DNA of 45,891 nucleotides from Nanobdellota archaeon. Lineage in GTDB: Archaea; Nanobdellota; Nanobdellia; Pacearchaeales; GW2011-AR1. A program made the translations under genes and the position numbers. The notes beneath the pieces were generated by a model. It had not been told where the DNA came from and ran no database searches. It worked only from the letters and a program-made list of their open reading frames with translations. The stretch is taken from positions 1-45,891 of the forward strand of contig JAFCCD010000001.1 of NCBI GenBank assembly GCA_017610405.1, given 5' to 3'. Shown here in pieces: positions 8,165 through 15,905 of this stretch. Each line of letters begins with the position of its first letter. Positions within the stretch are counted from its first letter, which is position 1.

Positions 8165-8788
8165 TTATTCTTTTTTTTCTTCTTCATTCTCTTCTGGTTT
8201 TTGTTCTTCTGCAGCCTCTACAGCTTTCTGCTTTAATATTTTTTCCTGCTCTATCTCTATTTTAGTGAAATACTCATCAAGTTCTTTTCTTTTTTCTTCA
8301 GAAGTTTCTATTTTTTCTCCTGAGATTTCAGAATCATATTTCCCTTTATCAATTTCATCTATAATTTCTTTTGGAGATTTATTCTCGACAAGAACTCCAA
8401 GACTTACACAACTTCCTAAAACAGTTTTAACAGCTGCCTTCAAATCTTTACTTAATAAATCAGGAAGTTTTGTTTTTGCTACAGATATAATTTGCTCTAT
8501 AGAAGCATTTGCTATTTTGATTTCTTTATGGTCTCCAGAGCCTTTTTCTGCCCCTAATTCTTTTTTTAACAACTCTGAAACAGGAGGAGAAAGAACTTTA
8601 ATAACAATATCTTTAGTCTTTAGATCTATATCTAATTCAACAGGAACTTTTAATCCTGTAAAATTTTGAGTTGATTCATTGACTTTCTTAATAACATCAT
8701 TTATAGGAATCCCTGCAGGTCCTAGTTTCTGGCTTAACACAGGTCCTGGCTTCATTTCTCCGCCTTCGACCAATAATTTAATTTGCAT
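8165..8788 (-). CDS. rpl11: Ribosomal protein L11 (uL11) with an acidic E/K-rich C-terminal extension of about 45 aa
   Basis: 'GGEMKPGPVLSQKLGPAGIPINDVIKKVNE...LKVPVELDID' matches L11. The tail 'DSEISGEKIETSEEKRKELDEY...EEQKPEENEEEKKE' is extra. Confidence 0.92.
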   Translation of the reverse strand: MQIKLLVEGGEMKPGPVLSQKLGPAGIPINDVIKKVNESTQNFTGLKVPVELDIDLKTKDIVIKVLSPPVSELLKKELGAEKGSGDHKEIKIANASIEQIISVAKTKLPDLLSKDLKAAVKTVLGSCVSLGVLVENKSPKEIIDEIDKGKYDSEISGEKIETSEEKRKELDEYFTKIEIEQEKILKQKAVEAAEEQKPEENEEEKKE

Positions 8789-9239
8789 CTTCTTCTCCTT
8801 CTTCTCCTCTTCTTATGACTTTAACATTATCTATTTTAAGAGTTACAGGTAACTGAACAACTGCTCCTAAAAGATTCACAGTCACTTCTTCTTTTTGCTT
8901 ATCTATTCTTATAACTTTCGCTTTTTCTCCTTTTAGTGTTGATCCAATTATTTCAACAATATCTCCTTCCTTTATTGAAATGCTGATTATAGAAGGTTCT
9001 ACCATGTTTTTTATTTCCTTATATCCTATTGTTTTCCCTATAATTCCTTTTACATAAGGTAAATTAAAAACAGCTTCTTCTGCACTCTCACGATCCTCTG
9101 CTTCAACAAGAACATATCCTCTCAAACCATGAGGTCTTAAAACAGAATATAAATTAATATCTTTTTTTTCTACTCTTTCAGCTATCATATCCACTGCTTT
9201 CTCTTCTTTATTTGTGGTAACTTTAATAATAAATATCAT
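8778..9239 (-). CDS. spt5: Transcription elongation factor Spt5 (NusG homolog)
   Basis: NGN domain 'MIFIIKVTTNKEEKAVDMI...GYVLVEAED' plus KOW motif 'GDIVEIIGSTLKGEKAKVIRIDKQKEEVTVNL'. I prefer the Met at 9239 ('MIF..', the canonical N-terminus) over the track start at 9257. Confidence 0.9.
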   Translation of the reverse strand: MIFIIKVTTNKEEKAVDMIAERVEKKDINLYSVLRPHGLRGYVLVEAEDRESAEEAVFNLPYVKGIIGKTIGYKEIKNMVEPSIISISIKEGDIVEIIGSTLKGEKAKVIRIDKQKEEVTVNLLGAVVQLPVTLKIDNVKVIRRGEEGEEDAN

Positions 9240-9310
9240 TTTTGTTCTGAGCTCCATCTACCTCTTAATTTTTTAAGAAGAAGTAATATTATTTAATAAT
9301 TTGGGTTTAT

Positions 9311-9331
9311 AAAATTTCCTATGGAAATTTT
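9311..9331. repeat. Perfect 9-bp inverted repeat with a 3-nt spacer, overlapping a TATA-like element upstream of spt5
   Basis: 'aaaatttcc tat ggaaatttt'. On the minus strand it lies 17 nt after the stop of the 764-aa gene and merges into 'ttttataaa'. Confidence 0.5.
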
Positions 9332-9347
9332 ATTTGAGAAAACATTT

Positions 9348-11642
9348 TTAGTTATTTTTTTGAGGTAAATAACTAGGTGTTCTATCTATGTTATCTTCTT
9401 TTGTTACTATTCTTCTTACTTCTGAACCATCTGAATTCATAACATGAAGTTGATTATATCCTACTACTCTATCAGAAATAAACACTATTCTCTTTCCATC
9501 AGGAGACCAAGAAGGCTGAGCATCAAGTGCAGGATCATCTGTTAATCTTTTTTCATTTGTCCCATCCAAATTAATAATATATATTTCTCTGTTTCCATCT
9601 CTATTTGAAGTAAACGCTATTTTGCTTCCGTCTGGAGACCATGAAGGTTCAATATCTAAATAATCATTATTAACTAATTTCTTTAGTCCACTTCCATCAT
9701 TATACACAACATATATATCATAATCACTTCCTGTTTCTGTTCCATCAAAAGCAATTAGCTGTCCATCTGGTGACCATCTTGGTGTTTCAGTATTTAATAT
9801 TTTTGAAGGGAGATTTAATCTTTGTGGATTTAAGCCATTACTATCCATAATATATATGTTTCTATCTCCGCCACCTATTCTATCAGAGGAAAATCCGATT
9901 TTGCTTCCGTCTGGAGACCAGTCTGGATTAATATCCTCATAAAAATTATTTGTTAGTCTAGTGGTATTTCCTGTATTTAGCTCCATAATATATATTTCAG
10001 GTTCAGTATTTGCATCTGGTTTTGAAACAAATACTATTTTATTTCCATCAGGAGATGCTCGTGGTTCAAAATTTGAAAAAAGGTGATATTGCAAGTTTGT
10101 TATTTTTTGCATATTAGAGCCATCCTCATTTATGGTATAAATTTGGGGAAGATCATAAATAGAGTATTCTGGCCCAGAAACAAACAATATCTCTCCACTT
10201 GCATTTAGGTTTATCTTTCCCTCTTTGAGAGTTTTTTTAAAATCAATTACCCTTTTATAACAACTTAAAAGTGTATGACTAAATATTTTAGCCTTTACAC
10301 CTAAAATAGCTTCTAATCCCCCATATAATTTCCAATCTTCTTCTGAAGCTACCAATTGACTATATATATTTGCTTCTGCATAAGGTCCTGCTACCCCATA
10401 TAAAGAAATATCTAATTTTGGGCCTATATATGCTTTATAATTAAAATTTGCTTTTGTTGGTTCTGAAAAATTAAAATCAAAATTATTTATGAAAGTGCTT
10501 AATTCATTCCATTGATTATTTTTATATATTATTTGTGGCATTAAATTTGTTTCATTAGTTAATCTAATTTTTGGTGAATCTAATTCCCCTCTAACACCTG
10601 CGTATAAACTTAGTTCTGGAACAATTATAATTGGAAAAGAAGGCGGAATATATGCTATAATTGGATTAAAAACATATTTTGCAATTTTTACTTCGTGGGA
10701 CAAAAAATTAAGAGAAGATATCATATCTAATTCTATCTCTGCATTTGCATCTATAATATTTCTAAAATCTAATTTATTAATTTGTCCTTTAGATATGTCA
10801 AAATCCAAAGAAAAATCTAGATTAAATCCAAAGTTTCCATTAAGAGTTATCCTATCCATTGTAGTTTCAGGTCTTCCATCCTTATCGTAAATAACCACAT
10901 CTTTAATTTCTATATTAAAATTAAATCCTTTAGATACTTCCATCTCTGAAATTCCCATCTTTCCTGAAAAAGAAAGAGAATCTGAAGGATAAATAGATCT
11001 TTGAAAAAAGAAAGAAGTGTCTTCTGTTATTTGTTCAATAGTTGCTGGTGTAGTGTTCACGGTTTTTTTATCAGAAGATAAATCTGTCACTTCCCTGAGA
11101 AAACCTTGTGGAGTAATATCACTAATTCCAGCAACAAGTATGTCTTGTGATAAAAAATCTACAGGATTAGAAAAAACAAGACTGTTATTCTGAACAGAAG
11201 ATAATTGATTTAAATTTTGTTCTGTTAACACACGAGTATTATGGAGATTTTTAACAGTTAATGTATAGGGCTGTTCTGTATAATCTTTTCCATCTGAAAC
11301 TTTTACCTTCACAGAGAAATTTTTATCTTCTAATACGTCTGGAGCTGTTCCAGAAATAATCGTATCAGAAATTGATAACCAATTTGGTTTTTCAATTAAA
11401 CTATAAGTTAGTTTATCTCCATCATCATCTTTAGCATTAACTTGATAACTATAATCTTTATTTTCATCCACTTGTGTTATTGGATTAGAGATAATTGTAG
11501 GAGGATTATTTTTTTGTGGTGGTTCACTTAACTTTGAAGGGTCATCACATGTAGAAAAAAATAAAAAAGAAGATGCTAACATTGCCAAAAATGTATTTTT
11601 TACTTTTTTCTTACTTTTTTGGAATAAGTGTTCTAAACCCAT
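9348..11642 (-). CDS. Secreted or lipid-anchored surface protein: cadherin-like/putative-Ig domain, unknown beta-rich middle domain and a six-blade PD40 (TolB-like) beta-propeller
   Basis: The N-terminal hydrophobic segment ends in 'FFSTC' (lipobox-like). 'PPTIISNPITQVDENKDYSYQVNAKDDDGDKLTYSL..PNWLSIS' is a putative-Ig/cadherin-like motif. The C-terminal repeats are 'SPDGNKIVFVS', 'WSPDGSKIGFSSDR', 'WSPDGQLIAFDG', 'WSPDGSKIAFTSNRDGNREIYI' and 'WSPDGKRIVFISDR'. Confidence 0.8.
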   Translation of the reverse strand: MGLEHLFQKSKKKVKNTFLAMLASSFLFFSTCDDPSKLSEPPQKNNPPTIISNPITQVDENKDYSYQVNAKDDDGDKLTYSLIEKPNWLSISDTIISGTAPDVLEDKNFSVKVKVSDGKDYTEQPYTLTVKNLHNTRVLTEQNLNQLSSVQNNSLVFSNPVDFLSQDILVAGISDITPQGFLREVTDLSSDKKTVNTTPATIEQITEDTSFFFQRSIYPSDSLSFSGKMGISEMEVSKGFNFNIEIKDVVIYDKDGRPETTMDRITLNGNFGFNLDFSLDFDISKGQINKLDFRNIIDANAEIELDMISSLNFLSHEVKIAKYVFNPIIAYIPPSFPIIIVPELSLYAGVRGELDSPKIRLTNETNLMPQIIYKNNQWNELSTFINNFDFNFSEPTKANFNYKAYIGPKLDISLYGVAGPYAEANIYSQLVASEEDWKLYGGLEAILGVKAKIFSHTLLSCYKRVIDFKKTLKEGKINLNASGEILFVSGPEYSIYDLPQIYTINEDGSNMQKITNLQYHLFSNFEPRASPDGNKIVFVSKPDANTEPEIYIMELNTGNTTRLTNNFYEDINPDWSPDGSKIGFSSDRIGGGDRNIYIMDSNGLNPQRLNLPSKILNTETPRWSPDGQLIAFDGTETGSDYDIYVVYNDGSGLKKLVNNDYLDIEPSWSPDGSKIAFTSNRDGNREIYIINLDGTNEKRLTDDPALDAQPSWSPDGKRIVFISDRVVGYNQLHVMNSDGSEVRRIVTKEDNIDRTPSYLPQKNN
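9619..9641. repeat. 23-nt exact intragenic direct repeat (second copy at 9898..9920)
   Basis: 'attttgcttccgtctggagacca' occurs twice. Each copy encodes 'WSPDGSKI' in a different propeller blade. Confidence 0.85.
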
Positions 11643-11661
11643 AGACTTTATCTTAGTAAAG

Positions 11662-11690
11662 AAATATATTTAAAGATTTATATAAAAATT
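11662..11690 (-). promoter_or_regulatory. AT-rich TATA-like region upstream of the 764-aa gene
   Basis: The minus strand reads 'aatttttatataaatctttaaatatattt', 20-35 nt upstream of the ATG at 11642. Box choice is ambiguous in AT-rich DNA. Confidence 0.35.
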
Positions 11691-11713
11691 TTTAAACAAA
11701 TATACGACAATTT

Positions 11714-11890
11714 CTAAGCAAAGATTTGCATTATTATTGCAATAAGAAATCCAACAACCCCTAATGCTAAAATTCCTACAGCAGAAACCTTAGCAACCAT
11801 TTCATATTCTTTTCTTGTTGGTTTTTTTAGTATAAGCCAGACTCTTTTTGATTTTGCGACAAAACCCTTAATTTTATCAAATTTTCCCAT
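11714..11890 (-). CDS. secE: Protein translocase subunit SecE (Sec61 gamma)
   Basis: Not in the ORF track (58 aa); read as 'MGKFDKIKGFVAKSKRVWLILKKPTRKEYEMVAKVSAVGILALGVVGFLIAIIMQIFA*'. It has the 'RVW..LKKPT..EY..VAKV' signature and one C-terminal TM helix, and sits in the conserved position next to ftsZ. Confidence 0.9.
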   Translation of the reverse strand: MGKFDKIKGFVAKSKRVWLILKKPTRKEYEMVAKVSAVGILALGVVGFLIAIIMQIFA

Positions 11891-11920
11891 ACTTTAAATA
11901 GAAAAATTAGGTTTTTAAAA

Positions 11921-13003
11921 TTATTCAAAAAATTCAATTCCAAGTTCTTCTTCTATTTCCTGATGCTTTATGCTTTCAAGAGTTTCTCCATGCCCAAGAA
12001 TCTGAGAACTTTTTACCCCTGTCACGATAAGCAAAACCCTTATCGATTTATCCATATCTGCAGATATTTGCGCTCCCCATATTAATTTTGCATCTGGACT
12101 TAACTTATTTCCAATTGTCTCTATAATTGATTTACATTCATCAAGACTCATATCTTGACCTCCAACTATATTGACTAAAGCACCAGTAGCATTTGATATA
12201 TCTACATCTAAAAGAGGATTATTTATTGCCTTTTCAACAGCCTCGATTGCCCGATTATTACTATCTGATTCACCCATCCCTATCAAAGAAACACCCCCAT
12301 CAGCCATTACTGTTTTTATATCTGCAAAATCAAGATTAACAAGTCCAGAAGTAGTTGCTAATTCTGTAATTCCTTTGACTGCATTAGTTAAAATTTCATC
12401 AGCAATTTTAAATGCGGTGTATAACGGAAGTTCTGGAGCAAGTTCAAGAAGTTTATCATTTGGAATAACAATCAAAGTATCTATAACAGATTCTAATCTT
12501 TCCAAACCATTCATTGCATTTTCTATTCTTTTTTTACCCTCTATTGTAAAAGGTAAAGTAACAACTCCTATTGTTAATGCTCCTTGTTTTTTTGCTACCT
12601 TAGCCACAACAGGAGCACCCCCTGTTCCTGTTCCACCTCCAAGTCCACAGGTAATGAAAATCATATCACTTCCAGAAAGTTTTTTCTTTATTTCTGATTC
12701 AGATTCTTTTGCTGCTTCTTCCCCTACTCGTGGATTGCTTCCTGCCCCAAGCCCCTGAGTTAATTCTTTCCCCACAAGAATTTTATGATCAGCATTACTA
12801 TACAAAAGATCTTGGGCATCTGTATTTATTGCAATAAGTTCTCCTCCTTTTATTCCTATTTCTTTCATCCTGCTTAGAGAATTTCCACCACCACCACCAA
12901 TACCCACAACTTTAATCTTAGTTGTTTGATGTTTTAGAATTTCTGCAAGCTCGTGATCAATCTCTTTTATTTCTGAAGGAACATCATTGTAAACATCTTC
13001 CAT
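11921..13003 (-). CDS. ftsZ: Cell division GTPase FtsZ
   Basis: 'IKVVGIGGGGGNSLSRM', the tubulin signature 'GLGGGTGTGGAPVVA' and 'NLDFADIKTVM'. The C-terminal peptide is 'EEELGIEFFE'. Confidence 0.95.
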   Translation of the reverse strand: MEDVYNDVPSEIKEIDHELAEILKHQTTKIKVVGIGGGGGNSLSRMKEIGIKGGELIAINTDAQDLLYSNADHKILVGKELTQGLGAGSNPRVGEEAAKESESEIKKKLSGSDMIFITCGLGGGTGTGGAPVVAKVAKKQGALTIGVVTLPFTIEGKKRIENAMNGLERLESVIDTLIVIPNDKLLELAPELPLYTAFKIADEILTNAVKGITELATTSGLVNLDFADIKTVMADGGVSLIGMGESDSNNRAIEAVEKAINNPLLDVDISNATGALVNIVGGQDMSLDECKSIIETIGNKLSPDAKLIWGAQISADMDKSIRVLLIVTGVKSSQILGHGETLESIKHQEIEEELGIEFFE

Positions 13004-13023
13004 GTTTTAGAAGAACCCATATA

Positions 13024-13034
13024 TATTTATAAGG
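13024..13034 (-). promoter_or_regulatory. TATA-like box for ftsZ
   Basis: The minus strand reads 'cttataaatat', about 22 nt upstream of the ATG at 13003. This is leaderless-type spacing. Confidence 0.45.
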
Positions 13035-13057
13035 ATTATTGTGATTTTTTAGGGGTT

Positions 13058-13738
13058 TTAAGCTGATTTTTTCTCTTCTTTTACTTCAATCTTCTTATTT
13101 TTAGATTCTTTGACTTCCAAATCCATTCTAAGAATATCTTTAAATTTGTCTTTGAACATTTCAACAAATTTTACAAGAGACTTATCAGCCTCTATAATTA
13201 ACTTTTTATCTTTTACTTCAAATTTAAATTCTCTTCTAAAGAAAAATTCATTTAATGCTTTAATTTTTTCATTGAGATCTGTAACTTTTCTTAGAATTTT
13301 TATTTTGTAAACAACTATTTTTCCTGCGAGAAAATTATTAAAATCAACCATTACTCTTCCCCCTGAAACAGTAAGTATTTTTCCTATTTTTCCATCAAAA
13401 TTAAAAATAGCTCCCTGAACTGGATTTACTTCTTTTTCTCTAAAAATCCTTATAGGAATTCTTTGAATTAATGAAGGAATTCTCTTTCCAAAGGCTTTTT
13501 CTGGCTCTAGTTCAATTTCATAATCCTTTCCTATTTCTTTTTCAATAAGAAAATCATCTAAAGAATTAAGAAACATTTCTTGACCTATACAAAAAATAAA
13601 TGGTTTTGCCCTTAAAGGTTGATCATGTCCTAAATTTAATTTTTCAAGTTCTTCTTTTAAAGTTGAGTCAAAAACTTCTCCGCCTTTTACTTTTCCTGTA
13701 AATTCTATTTCAATAAAGTCTTTTTTTTGGAGTTTCAT
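13058..13738 (-). CDS. FKBP-type peptidyl-prolyl cis-trans isomerase (archaeal long type with IF insert and C-terminal domain)
   Basis: 'DFIEIEFTGKVKGGEVFDST' and 'GKILTVSGGRVMVDFNNFLAGKIVVYKIKILRK' match the SlyD/archaeal FKBP pattern (..DFNHPLAGK..). Confidence 0.85.
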   Translation of the reverse strand: MKLQKKDFIEIEFTGKVKGGEVFDSTLKEELEKLNLGHDQPLRAKPFIFCIGQEMFLNSLDDFLIEKEIGKDYEIELEPEKAFGKRIPSLIQRIPIRIFREKEVNPVQGAIFNFDGKIGKILTVSGGRVMVDFNNFLAGKIVVYKIKILRKVTDLNEKIKALNEFFFRREFKFEVKDKKLIIEADKSLVKFVEMFKDKFKDILRMDLEVKESKNKKIEVKEEKKSA

Positions 13739-13833
13739 TCAAAAATAATTGTTAATAAGTTTTTAAAAGTTATTGATATTATTCATCCAAAAATAACTAA
13801 ACCTTTTTAAGTATATTTTTATTCTTCTTATTG

Positions 13834-14220
13834 ATGGTTTCAAAAATAATTAATGCAACAGAGGCGAGAAGCGGGACCAATATTCTCTTAGAAGGTGAGT
13901 CTTACACTATAAAAAAAATTGATATAAGCAAAACAGGGAAACATGGGCATGCAAAGGCAAGAATAGAAGCCACAGGAATAATAAATAATCAAAAAAAAGT
14001 ATTTGTAGTTCCAGGACATGACAGATTTGAAGTTCCTATGATAGATAAGAGAAAAGGTCAGGTTCTTTCAATTGCAGATAAAATAAACATTATGGATCTT
14101 GAAAATTTTGAAACAATAGAAATTGATTGTCCTGAAGAAATAAAATCAGAACTTGAAGAAAATTCAAATGTAGAATATTGGGATATAGAAGGAAAAAAAA
14201 TAATAAAGAGGAAATTATAA
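13834..14220 (+). CDS. eif5a: Translation initiation factor 5A (aIF5A)
   Basis: Hypusine-site motif 'SKTGKHGHAKARIE'. The ATG at 13834 is preferred to the TTG at 13831. Confidence 0.93.
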   Translation: MVSKIINATEARSGTNILLEGESYTIKKIDISKTGKHGHAKARIEATGIINNQKKVFVVPGHDRFEVPMIDKRKGQVLSIADKINIMDLENFETIEIDCPEEIKSELEENSNVEYWDIEGKKIIKRKL

Positions 14221-14221
14221 A

Positions 14222-14389
14222 ATGGCGAAAATACCTGAAGCACAAAATAGACTTTTCAAAAATGTCTTTATCTGCAAAAAATGTCACACAAAAATTAGAT
14301 CAGACCCACAAAAGATTTTAAAGGGAAAGATTAAGTGCAGAAAGTGTGGTAAAAAAGCATTTCGTCCATTTAGAAAAAAGCAGGTATAA
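14222..14389 (+). CDS. rpl40e: Ribosomal protein L40e (eL40)
   Basis: Not in the ORF track (55 aa); read as 'MAKIPEAQNRLFKNVFICKKCHTKIRSDPQKILKGKIKCRKCGKKAFRPFRKKQV*'. It has a C..C...CRKCG zinc ribbon. Its stop overlaps the next start (TAATG). Confidence 0.8.
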   Translation: MAKIPEAQNRLFKNVFICKKCHTKIRSDPQKILKGKIKCRKCGKKAFRPFRKKQV

Positions 14390-15813
14390 TGGGTTTTTTA
14401 ATTTATGATTTAGCATTTTTAGCATTTTTCCTGATAGTTTTTTCAATTCTCCTCTATAAAAGAAGAAAGAATCTTAAAAAAGAAGGTCTTCTTTATCTTT
14501 ATAAAACCAGTTGGGGGATAAAACTTATTAATTATGTAGGGAATAAATATAAAAGAACTTTGAAATTTTTAAGTTATGTCTCAGTAACTTTGGGATATTT
14601 ACTTATGATTGGGGTCCTTTATCTAATAGGTACAATTGTGAAAATTTATCTTTTTAGCCCAAATATTGTACGGGCTATTAAAGTTCCACCAATAATGCCT
14701 TTATTTCCTTATCTCCCTCAAGTTTTTAAGTTAGAATTTTTACCTCCATTTTATTTTACGTATTGGATAATTATTATTGCTATCATAGCAACGACTCATG
14801 AAATGTTCCATGGAATTTTTGCTGCATATAATAAGATAAAAATAAAAACAACAGGATTTGGATTTTTTCCTTTCTTCCTTCCTATATTTTTAGCTGCCTT
14901 TGTAGAGCTTGATGAAAAAACTATGGCAAAAAAGAAGAAATTTCCTCAACTTGCAATTCTCAGTGCAGGAACATTTGCAAATATTTTAACTGCGATTTTA
15001 TTCATGGCAATTCTCTTGCTTTTTTTCTCTTTAGCTTTTACTCCGTCTGGTATTGTTTTTGATACTTATTCCATCTCTGGCATTGCTATTGCAGGAATCT
15101 CTACAATAAATAATATATCGTTGAATGATACTTCTTACAATTCTGTTTTAAGTATGATGAATGAAGAAGGACTAAATGAAATAAATGTGGGAGGTAATAT
15201 CTATCTTTCCACGAAAAAAATGATGGAAAATCAAGAGGATGAAGAAATAATTAGTGTTTATGATTCTGCACCTGCTATTAAAGCTAATTTAAGTAGCATT
15301 ATCACTAAAATTAATGGAATAGAAATAAATAGTATTAATGGATTAGTTGATGAATTAGCTAAATATGATATAGGGGAAGAAATAACAGTAGAAACACTAA
15401 TAGAAGAAGGAATTGAAGAAAAAACTTTGATTCTTGAAGAACATCCTGAAAATCCCGGAGCTGTATGGCTAGGAATAGGATTTATATCTGGGCAACAAAC
15501 AGGAATTTTTGGAAGAATGATGAATACGCTCTCGTTTAAGGAATCTAATGTTTATTATAAGCCAAAACTCAAAGAAATGAGTATATTTATCTATAATTTG
15601 TTGTGGTGGTTAGTTATAATAAGTATAAGCGTTGCATTAATTAATATGCTTCCGGTTGGAATATTTGACGGAGGAAGATTTTTCTATTTGACAATTCTCG
15701 CAATAACAAAAAAAGAAAAGACTGCTGCAAAACTTTTCCAGTTATCAACAAAATTCTTTATATTTTTACTAATGGTTCTTCTAATTTTTTGGGGAATTAG
15801 TTTTTTTAGGTGA
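14389..15813 (+). CDS. Site-2 protease family (M50) membrane metalloprotease with a PDZ-like insert
   Basis: HExxH in 'ATTHEMFHGIF' and a second motif NxxPxxxxDG in 'INMLPVGIFDGG'. It is a polytopic membrane protein, and its soluble insert 'ITKINGIEINSINGLVDELAKYDIGEEITVE' is PDZ-like. Confidence 0.85.
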   Translation: MGFLIYDLAFLAFFLIVFSILLYKRRKNLKKEGLLYLYKTSWGIKLINYVGNKYKRTLKFLSYVSVTLGYLLMIGVLYLIGTIVKIYLFSPNIVRAIKVPPIMPLFPYLPQVFKLEFLPPFYFTYWIIIIAIIATTHEMFHGIFAAYNKIKIKTTGFGFFPFFLPIFLAAFVELDEKTMAKKKKFPQLAILSAGTFANILTAILFMAILLLFFSLAFTPSGIVFDTYSISGIAIAGISTINNISLNDTSYNSVLSMMNEEGLNEINVGGNIYLSTKKMMENQEDEEIISVYDSAPAIKANLSSIITKINGIEINSINGLVDELAKYDIGEEITVETLIEEGIEEKTLILEEHPENPGAVWLGIGFISGQQTGIFGRMMNTLSFKESNVYYKPKLKEMSIFIYNLLWWLVIISISVALINMLPVGIFDGGRFFYLTILAITKKEKTAAKLFQLSTKFFIFLLMVLLIFWGISFFR

Positions 15814-15905
15814 TTATGAAATTTTTATTTATTTCTAAAAATATTTTTTGTCTGAGATTAAATGTGTTTGCCCATTTTGTATAAGCACTCCAGCCTTGAA
15901 AAACT

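Noticed and set aside
8076-8669. 197-aa plus-strand ORF
   Set aside because: It is antisense to the clearly recognisable rpl11 and starts inside the tRNA-Pro gene. It encodes S/F-rich low-complexity sequence, so it is a shadow ORF.
12171-12758. 195-aa plus-strand ORF antisense to ftsZ, and similar antisense ORFs in other confidently called genes (e.g. 20314..20697, 21830..22117, 23544..23924, 24302..24715, 27125..27583, 30525..30896, 31730..32101, 32768..33112)
   Set aside because: Each is fully contained within or opposite a confidently identified conserved gene. The antisense of K/E-rich coding DNA gives F/L/S-rich stop-free frames. None has an independent signal.
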